Part shown: one piece after another, positions 25,996 through 36,942 of the stretch
Layout: every line of letters begins with the position of its first letter
Numbering within the stretch: position 1 is the first letter of the stretch
DNA from: Vicugna vicugna
Lineage: Eukaryota
NCBI GenBank assembly: GCA_013265495.1
Contig: MU057887.1
Span: 3,807,668 to 3,871,667, forward strand
Direction of reading: 5' to 3'
DNA: 64,000 nucleotides
Translations under genes and position numbers: made by a program
The notes under the pieces: generated by a model
What the model saw: only the letters and a program-made list of their open reading frames with translations
Databases searched by the model: none
Told to the model about the DNA's origin: nothing

Positions 25996-26700
25996 TACCG
26001 CCTGAGTCCTCGGATCGAGGCGCTGGATACTAGGCGGGGCGGGGCTTCTCACGCGCGGCCTCCTGGGAAGTGGAGTCCGCGGCCGCTCGCGCGCATCCCC
26101 CTGGGAACTGTAGTCCTTGGGCGCGTACTGGGCGCACTTCAAGAGAAGGCAGACGGCGCGCTGAACTACGCTTCCCGGCATGCCGCGCGCCGCCCGGCCT
26201 CCCAGCCCCGGCCCGTCCGGCCGCCCCGCCCCGCAGCCCCGGTCCGCCCCGTCCGGTGGGGCGACGAGCCGCATGGAGGCCGGCTGAGGAACGCCGCCCA
26301 GCCTCGGTACGCCGCGCGGCACGGGCTTGGGGCGGGGGGGCGGCGCGCGGGGTCTCCAGCGGGTCAGGGTCAGATCGAGGTCGGGGGCCACCGCTCTCCG
26401 GGCCGGGCCCAACCAGCCCCCAGCGTGGGGTCGCGGGCCGGAAGGGGAAGCCCCGGCCTCCGAGGAGCGCGCGCTGGGTCGGGGTCGACGGCGAGGGTCG
26501 CAAGGGCTGGAGCTCTCGGTGGTGCAGCCCGGGGGCGGGGCCTTGGAGGCAGGGACTAGAGGCCGAAGTCGGGGGCCGGGGGCCAGGAGTTGGGGTCGGG
26601 GGTGAGGCGCGGGGTCCCCACCTCCCCAGGCGGCGGCCGCAGGAGACCCTGGGCTCTTCCGCGTGCTGGAGGCCTCCGCCCTTCAGGCCGAGCGAGTGAG
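25960..26700. promoter_or_regulatory. TRABD promoter CpG island with ZNF143/THAP11-type motifs and non-coding exon 1
   Basis: High CpG density. SBS-like motifs at 26063-26078, 26101-26116 (rc GGACTACAGTTCCCAG) and 26165-26183 (ACTACGCTTCCCGGCATGC). Candidate exon 1 donor gtacgc at 26307. Confidence 0.8.
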
Positions 26701-27709
26701 GCTGCCATATGGGCAGAGTAGACGGAACTTCGAGGCTCTGTTGGCCCCTTGTTTGTGCGAACAGCTTTATTGAGACATACCTTGCATGCCACAAAGTACC
26801 ACAAAGTTCACGTATGTGCCTTGGTGAAAACTGTCCCGGGAGGGGAAGCCAAGGCACATGGGAGACAATGGGAACTCCTCAGAAGTCCTGGGCTGGCTTG
26901 GGACATCAGGACACCTTTATCAGGAAATTGGGGGTTTCCAGGTGGACTTCTGCCTTTCCGGGAGCCCCTGGAGAAGGATATATACAGGCCACCAGCTCAC
27001 TGTGCTCCGGTCTAGGCTCCGCTCTCCTTGGGCCTCTGTCCCTTTTGCCGCTGCTGCCCCCCTTGTTGTGTGACTGGGAGGGAGCCCTGACCTTGGGGCC
27101 CCGGTCAGCCTTGCAGGATGGCCGTGATGCTGTGGTGTCTGAGGCTGCCCGGCAAAGCTGCCAGGAGACAGCCCAGCATGGTGGGCAGGGAGGCCCCTCC
27201 ACTGTGCCCTGCAGTGGTGGTCAGTGTGGGGACCCGGCACCAGGCAGTGCCCAGGTTCCAGGAGGGTCGGCCAGGTGTGCTGGACAGGAGTCATGTGGAC
27301 CTCCAGCTCAGGTGTGAGTTGGCATGTGCCCTCTACCCCAGTTCTGACCTTTGCCCCACCTCCATAGAACAGCGCCCATCAGACCCAGGAGGTTCTCCTG
27401 TTTCAGGGTCGGGCCGGGAGCCGGGAGCGCTCAGACCCCAGGCTTCAGAAGTGGGGGTGGGGTGGGAGTCAGGGCTTTGGGCTACACTCTGCTGCCTCTC
27501 AGTTAGTCATTTCCTTCTGCAGCCTGTGGTCCAGTTTAGGACCCTTGGATTTCTGAGCAGACCTAGTGGGTTAGTTGGGAAATGGGGGTTTTCTGGAAAC
27601 TCCATCTGGTGCTGGTCAGCTCTTGGCCAGCAGTGGAGAGCCACGGTGGGGTCTTGAAGGCAGTTTCTGGCTTCCTAATTTTTAAGAGGGGTGAGGGGAA
27701 GAAAACGGC

Positions 27710-28060
27710 TGTCTCAGTCTGCTCTGGGGCCGTGACAAAATACCATCGACGGGCGCTTAAACATTAACAGACTGCTTTCTCAGTCTGGAGGTGGGGAGTT
27801 CGAGATCACGGTGCTGGCTGCTGTGGTTGCTGGGAAGGGGTCTTTCTTCCTGGGTTGCAGACAGCTGGCTCCTTGCTGTGTCCTCACATAGCCACTTCTC
27901 CTGTGTCTCTTCCCACTGGGGCTCCAGTCCCACTGTGGGGCCCTCTCAGGACCTCATCTACCCTTAATCAAATCCCAGAGACCCCACCTCTTAAGTTCAT
28001 TGCGCTGGGGCCAGAACTCCAGAAAGTGAATTGAGTGGAGTCACAATTCAGACCACAGCA
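27710..28060 (-). mobile_element. MLT1A-type MaLR LTR
   Basis: Starts TGTCTCAGTCTGCTCTGGGGCCGTGACAAAATACC and ends CACAATTCAGACCACAGCA, typical MLT1A termini. Confidence 0.8.
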
Positions 28061-31000
28061 GTGGGACCAGGAGAGGGGACAGCTGCCTGGGCTGGGCGGG
28101 CGGGAGCCTCTGGCCACTCGCACTGTGACTGTCTGGTGTGCTCAGGTCTGCCCTGTGCCGGGCCCCCAGCAAATCGTGTTCTGTGCTAATTCCTCACCCA
28201 GTGAGGAATGTGTTCCTGGGGGATCCCTAGCGCCAGTGGGGCTCCCCCTGCCCCGTGAGCAGGTGCATTCTCTGCTGAACCTGCTGAGGTGGGTCCTCTC
28301 AGGGATGTCGGGGAGTCCCTCAGATTTGGTGTCTGTTTTCCTGGGAGCATGTGGGCACCACTTCTGTCATCTGCGGGGCCACATCATAGCAGCGTCCCTC
28401 CACACAGAGTCCTGGGACCAGGCTGCCGGTTCTTACCATGCCCTGTGGGCCCACCACCCTGGAAATGGGAAGCCCAAAGAGGTCTAGAGGCCTTGGGCTG
28501 GAGTGACCCCGGAGTGTGGCGTGCTGTGGGCCTGCTGGGCGGCTGCTCTCACCCCTCGGCCCTGGAGGCAGGAGCTGAGAGCCCCAGCAGGTTACAGCAG
28601 CCTGCCCAGGGCCACGCAGCACTCAGTGGTGGACTGAGATCTGGCCAAGCCTGTGGCCGTACCCGCAGCACGGTTGATGGCAGCTGGCCAACCAGCTGGC
28701 CTCTTGGCCAGAAGAACTGGGCTCCGGCAGCCACACTCAGGAGGCAGCTCCCACCGGTGTGCCCAATGCTCCTAAGGTCATGCTCTGAGGACAGTTTGGC
28801 TCAGTGGTGACAGCTGGTTGAGGAGAGGGAGGGGCCCCTGGGCCTGGCAGGACCGTCGTCCTGTTTTGTGCTGCGCTCCACAGGGTCTGAGCGTTGGTGG
28901 CCGCAGCATGGCCTGGCGCCTGGCTCCCTGGAGCTGTGCTGCTGGTGGGGCTGGATGTAGGAGGGGGCGTTGCTGCAGGGTGTTAGCCTGGGGTCTGTGC
29001 TCCCTGCAGCATGTGTCGGTGTGGTGAGCTGCTGGGACCATCGTCCAGAGATTTTGTGGCCAGAAAGCGGACCTGCGGGCACTGGGTCCCGGGTGCTGTC
29101 GGGGTGGGGCCTTTGGTCCCTTCCAGGCATCTGAGAGAGGCTCGGATCCCCGCTGTAAATATTTGCAGATGCTTCAAGGTGAGCAGGGTGCAGGGAGGAG
29201 GGATTGAGAACCCACTGAAATTACATCCTGCAAGGGTATGGCGGGGCCAGGCTGAGGTTGAGGGGACCAGAACAGGGGGTGTACATGGCTGTGACAATGT
29301 CAGAAAGAGACGCTGCTCAGAATCATGGATTCTTGGCATGGAAGGGGCCTCGGTGGCCTTCCTGCCTGCCCCTTCCCAGGCCACGTGCCCTCACTGGGGC
29401 TCCTAGGGGACCTGGGTCCTTGTGCCACAGTTGGTGGCCCAGCCATCTCGGGGCTCAAGGCTTGTCTGCCCCCTCTCCGTGGGCACAGGCTTCCTCCTGG
29501 CTGGTAGCGGGGCGTCTAGCCAGGCAGTGCCCAGAGGGTGGGGGACTGGCCCAGAACTGGGGACACCACACTGGTGGGAGGGAGACGGAGGCCACGGTGG
29601 CCTCACTCTTGCTGACTGTCACACAAGGCTCCCAAGACAGCATGGATGTTTCCTGGGGCAGTTTTCTAGCACCTGGGCAGCCTTGTGCGAGGCGGCTGAG
29701 GTGGTCCGTCTGGGCCAGTGCGGGGCCTGAGGCGGGCAGCCCAGCCCGCCTGCAGACGCGGCTTCCTGTTTCTGTGTCGGGTGTGCCCTGTGTCACTGCA
29801 TGCTTCCATTTGTGCAGAGGGAAGGAGGAGGCCCTGGTGAGGCCAGGTGAGCTGCCACCCACTGGGTCAGCCAGAGGCCTGTTTCAGGCTCGGGCCCGGG
29901 AGCCAGGAGTGCTCAGACCCCAGGGCCGCTCCCCTGCCCCCTGCAGAGGCCCGTGGGCTCTGAGTGCCACCCTTCTGGGCCAGCTGGAACCCCCCCCCCA
30001 TGGGGCCCCGTTACTTCCTTTGGCCTTAAGCCAGTTTCTCTTCCTGACCCTTCCCTGACCTCCTTTCTTCCAGAGGCCCAGCCATCCTTGGGATGGGCTG
30101 CCCCCTTCTAGGTCAGCTCCCGGGCACGTTGGTGTGTCTGGGCATTTGGTTATGTGGCAGGGAGCTGCCCCTGCTCTGAGCCACCTGCCCGACAGGTCCT
30201 CCCAGCTGTAGACAGGAAACGGGAGCTCAGAGAGGAGCAGTGGGTACTGGGCATCAGTTGGGAACAGAGCCCAGATTGGGGTAAGGCTTAGGGTCACAGG
30301 GTACAAAGCAGGGAGGAACCTGACGTAGCTTTTTGCTTATTTTATTATTTGCTTTTCCTCTTTGTAACGGAAGTTGCGAAAGCGTGCAGCCCAGCGAGAC
30401 TGATGCGAGCCCTGGGCGTGCTCTGTGGCCTGTGTGGGGCCGGCAGGGCCGGCGGGGCTCTTAGGGCCCCAGCTGCTGCCCACGGAGCACAGACTCTGAA
30501 GCAAAACCACAATGCCCCGCCGCAACTCAAAACAAACTAGAATCGCTCCCTGTTGCAATGTCCGAGTGAGCTCGTCGTTTTAAGCAGCTCCTTGGCCGCT
30601 GTGGCTGAGCCTCTCCTGGTGCCCACGTGTGCCAGGCACCCTGTCCTTTGGTGGCAGGACCCCGGCTCGACACTCGTAGGTGGCCCCAGAGGTGGAAGCA
30701 GAGGCCCTGTCAGACTCTGGCTTGAACTTCCCACGGCATCTGGGGATCTAGTGACGTCCAGAGCCCAGTGTCCTAACATGGCCCCAGCCGAACCCCAGGC
30801 CCCAGTAGCTCTGGAAGTCTCGATGGCCCATCTTGGGCGGTTTTCTCTCTCTGACGAGGACAGCCTGGGGGCTCCAGGCCCCAGCCCACACCCTGGCCCC
30901 GCCCCCGCTCCGCTCCAGGCTTTTCTCCAAGGTGGCACCTGCCCAGACAGTCTCAGTTTCTAACTCAGCTTCTTCCAGTTGGCATCTTTTTTCTCAAACC

Positions 31001-31586
31001 AGGAGTCTCAGCCCCCAAGGTGCCTCCCCTAGCCCCTCCTCTGCTCCCCGAGTCTGCTGACACGTGTCATCACGGCACGTGACTCCAGAACGCGGGGCAG
31101 AGGCCCCAGCCCAGGACAACGCCCGCCGGGGACTTCCACGCCGGCCCAACGTGCAGATTCCCTTTTCCCACTCGGCTTGCTCTCTTGAGGGAATTCTGTA
31201 AATTGTATTTTGCTCCAAATTCAAAAAGGAGACGTCCAGGTCTGGCTAGCGGCCTGAGGGCTTCTCCGCTGGGCAAGCTGGAGGTCGGGCAGCACATCCT
31301 GCCCTTGGGTGTCTCCATGTCCTGCAGTCAGCCCCCGCTCTGCAGGGCTCGAAGGGCTCGTGGCCGGGGTCTCCCACCTGCTGTGCCCGGGCCTGTGGAG
31401 CCTGCGCTTCAGCGGCCCCAGACTGACCAGGGGCCTGATGGGCCGAAGTCCTGCCCAGGGTTCATTCAGGGCATCCAGCTCCCCATGGCACACTGACCCC
31501 TGTTGTGACCCTGGGCTCCAGGTGAGGACACTGTTCCTGTGTCTCCTCAGGCTTCACTCATTGGTGTCAGGAGCTGCCGCCCAGCT

Positions 31587-34500
31587 ATGGACGAGCAGGA
31601 GGACCAGCCACCCCGCGAGGTCAGGGGCCTGGGCCGGGGCACTGGGTCTGGGGTGGCTGTGGGCTCAGGGCTGCGCCAGCTGCCTGCAAGCATGGGGTTC
31701 CCCCCCACCATGGCCTTCCTGGGGTCACTGGCTTCTGTGCATAGAAGAGCTCCACATTCTTGCCTGCGGTGCTCCTGGGCCAGCCCAGGGGACCAGGCCG
31801 GGCACCTTGAGAGTGGGCCGCATGTCAGGTGGTCGACGTGGGGAGGCCTTTAGTCCCGGGGCACGTGGCAGATGGGTCCCAGGAGTTCCAGGCATTGGAA
31901 GAGCCACCAGGCAAATCCCGGGCTGGCCCCGGAGAGGGCGGTCGTCCCAGCTACAGTGTTCCCCTTCTTTCTGCAGGCTGACCCAGAACCCGTCGTGACA
32001 TCAGGGGGTTCGGAGGTGGTGCCCAGGGTGCTTCCTGGAGAGCCCCAGAACCTGTGTGCGTGCTCCCTGAGGTCACTGTGCTGGGCGGGAGGGGCGGCAG
32101 CTTCCCAGCCAGCTGGGGCTCAGATTGGGTGCCCTCCCGAGTTTGTGGTGAACGAGGGGCCCCTGGCCTGCCCTGGGGTGTAGGGGAGGGGGCTCTTGAG
32201 CACAAGTGGTCCTGAGGCTCAGTCCTTCAGAGCCCCCCAGGGCCCCCAGCAGCCTGGGTGCCTCCTCAGGGGCAGAGCTTGCCAAGGCCCAGGCCCCTTT
32301 CCTCAGGGAGGGGCCAGGAGGGACCCCCTGCGTGTCCAGGTTCCACAGGGCAGCACGGCCCCACCCAGTGCCCAGGGAGCCCCGGCTGCTCGGCGGCGGG
32401 CGTCCCCGAGCTGGGCCTCGCTGTCCCTGCAGCTGACGTGGACGCCTTCAAGCTGCTCCTGGAGATGAAGCTGAAGAGGAGGCGCGCGCGGCCCAGCTTG
32501 CCGCGTACGGTGACCGAGCTGGTGGCCGAGGATGGGAGCAGGGTGTACGTGGTGGGCACGGCCCACTTCAGCGATGACAGCAAGAAGGACGTGGTGAAGG
32601 TGAGGCTGCCATGCCCATCTGACCTCAGGCCAGGCCCTGACAGCCTTGGGTGTTCTCCTCCCTGGGGACGAGCAAACCTGCTTGGTCATTTCCGCTGATA
32701 GTTGCCTGAAGCCCTGAGTTGTTGCAGCAGCAGCTGAGTTGGTGGCAGGGCCGCCCAGGGGGTGGGGGCCTCTGGGTGTGGCGTGGGCCCTGCCCGCAGG
32801 GCCGTGGGGAGCCGGCATGTCCCTCGCAGACCATCCGGGAGGTGCAGCCCGACGTGGTGGTGGTGGAGCTCTGCCAGTACCGTGTGTCCATGCTGAAGAT
32901 GGACGAGCGCACGCTGCTGCGGGAGGCCAAGGAGCTCAGCCTGGAGAAGCTGCAGCAGGCCGTGAGGCAGGTGCGGCCCTCCCAGCCGGCTACGCCAGGC
33001 TGGGCCTGCGGGGGCCTGGGGCGTGCCGGGCTCTGCCCACCTGGCAGCCGCACAGCCCCCTGGGCACAGGGCCTGGGGCAGGCCTCGCCTTCCCAGCGGT
33101 ACAGAGGCATCCCGCTCCCTGGGCTCTGTCTGGTCAAGGGCCGTTCCCCCTGGCTTGTGGGACAGGGGCAGTTTTCAGACCCGGGAGAGAGGATGGATGA
33201 CCCCCTACCCCAAGGCAGGAGCTGACCAGGGGCCCCGAGGACCCCGGGTGTGCTGAACAGGTCACTAGGGGTGGGGGTGGGGGTCTCGGGATCATGTGGC
33301 AAGGCCTCCTGCCCAGAGCTGTCACCCCCACGGCATCTCCCTGGGTACAGGACCCGAGTCCACTCACAGTGACAGGTGCCCTGAGGAGGATGTGGGCAGA
33401 TGGGGTGGGAGTCTGGGCTGGAGGGGTGAGAGGGGAAGGGGCATCCATGGGGCAGAGGCCAGGCAGCTGGTCCAAGATGGTGTGGCCCCAAGGTGGCCCA
33501 GCTCTGGGAAGTTTGTTCAAAAGGCCTCTGCGTATCCACAGTGTGTGGGCGCCCACTGCAAGGCCCTGCTGGACGTCAGCACGGCCCTCACTAGCCCCTG
33601 GCTGTGGGCACTGGGCACCGTGCTGCTGGCTGACTCAGGCCCGCTCTCCCTGCAGAACGGGGTCATGTCTGGACTCATGCAGATGCTTCTGCTGAAGGTG
33701 TCAGCCCACATCACTGAGCAGCTGGGCATGGCCCCTGGCGGCGAGTTCAGGGAGGCTTTCAAGGAGGTGGGCCTGGGCCCGGCCGGGGAGGGGGCTCCAC
33801 CCTCGGGAGCTGCCCCTGGGGCTCAAGGCTCCCCAACCGACACCAGCCTCTGCCCAGGCCAGCAAGGTGCCTTTCTGCAAGTTCCACCTGGGCGATCGGC
33901 CCATCCCTGTCACCTTCAAGAGGGCCATCGCCGCACTCTCCTTCTGGCAGAAGGTCAAGCTGGCCTGGGGCCTGTGTTTCCTGTCGGACCCGATCAGGTA
34001 GGCCCACTCAGCCTCCTGACAGGCGTCCCTCTTTTTCTTGGGCTGAACCTCCCCGCCCCTTCCTTCTGCCCTGATCCCAGATAGAAGGTGCCCCCGCCCC
34101 TGCCTGGGGCCAACAGCACCAGTGTCCTGCTGGCCGCTGCGTCCCCACGGGCTGGCAGTGCCCCTCTGCCCCCAGCAAGGATGATGTGGAGCGGTGTAAG
34201 CAGAAGGACCTGCTGGAGCAGATGATGGCAGAGATGATCGGCGAGTTTCCGGACCTGCACCGCACCATCGTCTCCGAGCGCGACGTCTACCTGACCTACA
34301 TGCTGAGGCAGGCCGCCCGCCGCCTGGAGCTGCCGCGCGCCTCCGATGGTGAGGCCCGGCTGCCGGGCGGGCCTCTGGGGATGGGTGGGACGGGCAGTCA
34401 CTGAAGGGTTGCTCCCCCTACAGCCGAGCCCAGGAAGTGCGTCCCCTCCGTGGTGGTGGGTGTCGTGGGCATGGGCCACGTCCCCGGCATCGAGAAGAAC

Positions 34501-34831
34501 TGGACCACTGACCTCAACATCCAGGAGATCATGACGTGAGTGCCACCCACCCACTCCTCGCGCCCCCACACGCAGAGCTGGCAGCCGTGCCCGGACTGGG
34601 GGCTGGGGATCACTCATCCCCGAACCAGGCCCAGCCCACCCTCCCTCCCCCAGCGTGCCCCCGCCGTCCGTCTCCGGCAGAGCGTCCCGCCTGGCCCTGA
34701 AGGCTGCCTTCTTGGGCCTCCTGGGCTACGGCCTGTACTGGATGGGGCGCCGCGCCACCAGCCTGGTCCTGTCTCTGCCCGCCGCCCAGTACTGCCTGCA
34801 GAAGGCGTCCGAGGTCTGGCCGCGCAAGTAG
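31587..34831 (+). CDS. TRABD: TraB domain-containing protein (9 coding exons, 377 aa)
   Basis: Exons 31587-31619, 31977-32055, 32433-32599 (VYVVGTAHFS), 32830-32970 (VVVELCQYR), 33656-33766, 33858-33997, 34176-34348 (IVSERD), 34424-34535 (VVGMGHVPGI), 34654-34831 (C-terminal TM, TAG). Sum 1134 nt, all GT-AG. Confidence 0.98.
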
Positions 34832-34963
34832 GAAGGACAGAGGGAGCCACCACACCCGAGAGGACCGCCACAGTTGCTCCGGTGTCACAGCCAAGGGGCT
34901 CCTGGGTGCCACCCGCCATGGGGGTCCAGTCCTAGCCTCGCCTGCCCTCCCTCAACCCACCCG

Positions 34964-34969
34964 AATAAA
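34964..34969 (+). terminator. TRABD proximal polyadenylation signal AATAAA
   Basis: AATAAA about 130 nt after the TAG. Confidence 0.7.
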
Positions 34970-35957
34970 GAATTATTTAATCGTCTGAGCGCAGGCTTCC
35001 CAGAGCCCCCACCGCCCCCTCTGCTCAGGGCCCTCAGGAAGGTCACGGCGGCAGGATGACCTGGCGGGAGAGGGGCTGAGGCTCCCCCACACCCTCTGGC
35101 CCCAGGTAGAACGTGTGGGCCACAGCCGGCCATCGCTCACCTCACTGTGCCTTCTCTCCGCCAGTAGGGGCTTCTCATGGTGGGTTCTGGGCCAGCATGT
35201 TGGGAAGGGCAGGGTGGCCCCACGAAGCCTCTGGGTGCGGCTCCTCGGGGCACCCCCCGCAGAGGGTGGTTTGGCCAAGCTTGGCGGCCCTGGATGTGCG
35301 CCAGCAAAGCTCTGTCTGCAGAGATTGTGTTTTTGGCTTTTAAAAATGTCTGAAACTTTTTTACTCAGGTAATTTTAACTTAAAACAAACTGAAGCAAAT
35401 GTCAGGAAATACAAGCCTTAACTCCACTTGGGGCAAAGAGAGCATCTTTGTCTTAGAGTCTCAGCTCCAAGAGGACGAGCGTGTGGAGAGGGTCGGCTTG
35501 GGCCGCAGGGAGCCAGGCCGGCCTCCTGGCAGTGGGGCCGGGGTTGCAGCCCTCTGGGGCATGCGCCCGCCTGGGCCGCGGTGGATCGAACCTGCTCCCG
35601 GTGCGTCTGGTGGAGGCACCTTGGGTCACCCCGCCCTCAGTGGATGGACGGCCAGTGTCCTCCGGGGCCCTCCACCGTGCATGGGAGCCCACCTTGGGCT
35701 GGGACTGGTTGGCCCAGGACCAAGCTGGCCCCACACAGCATTTCCACCCATTCATCACCTGTGTGCGCAGTCTCCTGGTCACCTGTTTACGACGAAGCCT
35801 CTGCACCCTGTCTGGGGCCCAGGGTTCACATTTGATTGTGTTTGTGTTGACTCGGTGTCTGCCTGAACCCGGTGAAGCCCACAGCATGCGCTGGGGGGCC
35901 TCGGGCTGGACCGTGACTGTCGTTCGCACGCTCGTGTGTGCGCCTCTAAGAAGCTGA

Positions 35958-35963
35958 AATAAA
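35958..35963 (+). terminator. TRABD distal polyadenylation signal AATAAA
   Basis: AATAAA followed by T/GT-rich sequence (tactttt...tgtttggtg). Confidence 0.65.
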
Positions 35964-36942
35964 GCCTACTTTTGGAAGCCTGTTTGGTGACGTGTGTAGA
36001 TGGGACTCAGTGGCAAGGGCAGGGCTCCCCAGGCCGTGGGGCCCAGGCTGGGCGCACCCGCGTCCCAGTGTGCACCCGTGCCCTCACCCTCGGTCCCCGC
36101 CCTGCTCAGCCCCCAACCCTGGCATGTGGGAGGGGAGGAGGTGGGCGAGTCCAGCAATCTAAACGAAACTGTGGGGACCAGTGGCTAAGATTTTCCCAGA
36201 AGGACGACAGCGAGCCTGGAGTGGGGCGTGGGCCGTTCCAGGGGCGCAGCAGGAGGCTGGCGGGGCTGGGGGCCCCTTCACCGTCTCTGCCCCAGGAGGC
36301 CCAGCTCTCCCTTCGTGCTGGGTCTTCCGCACTCTCCTGCCTCCTCTGCCCTGGGCCAGCACTGATGGTTCACAATGGGCAGAGGGCTCCTGAGCCTCCC
36401 GAGACTGAGGTCCTCTCCACAGGTCCAGGCAGCGCTGCTGGAACCCTGAGGTCTGGCTACATGCATGGGAGAGGGAGGGCCGGCAGGCACCCACAAGTCT
36501 GCACCCTGCAGGCCTCTCCTGGCGAGGACCCGCCTGGGTCCCTGCCCCCAGTGGTCTAGGGAGGAGGGCAGAGGACAAGTCCCTTCCAGTCGCATGTTAG
36601 GAGAGGCCAGCTGGGCTGGGGAAGAAGGCGGGACAGCCCAGGTAGACCCTCCAAGGGCAGCAGGTGAGATCCACGTTGGACCCATGGGGGAGAGGGGGTA
36701 CCTGGGGGCAGCAGGAGGAGCCAAGGAATCAAAGGCCTGGCAGAGGGCTGGGGGCTGGCACATGCTTGGAGCCCAAGGGACAGCCACTTCCAGAACAGAA
36801 GAAGCCTGAAGTGGGTATGGCCTGAGGTGAGGCGACAGTGGCTGGCCGACAGTTTATCATCTGCTGGACTGTCCACTGGCCCTTCTTGGGCTCTGGTCCC
36901 GGTCACCTGGAGAGCACTGACCTCCTGGGACGTCTCTTACAG

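Noticed and set aside
29258-30058. 266-aa ORF in TRABD intron 1
   Set aside because: No recognisable domain, codon bias or splice context; typical GC-rich random ORF.
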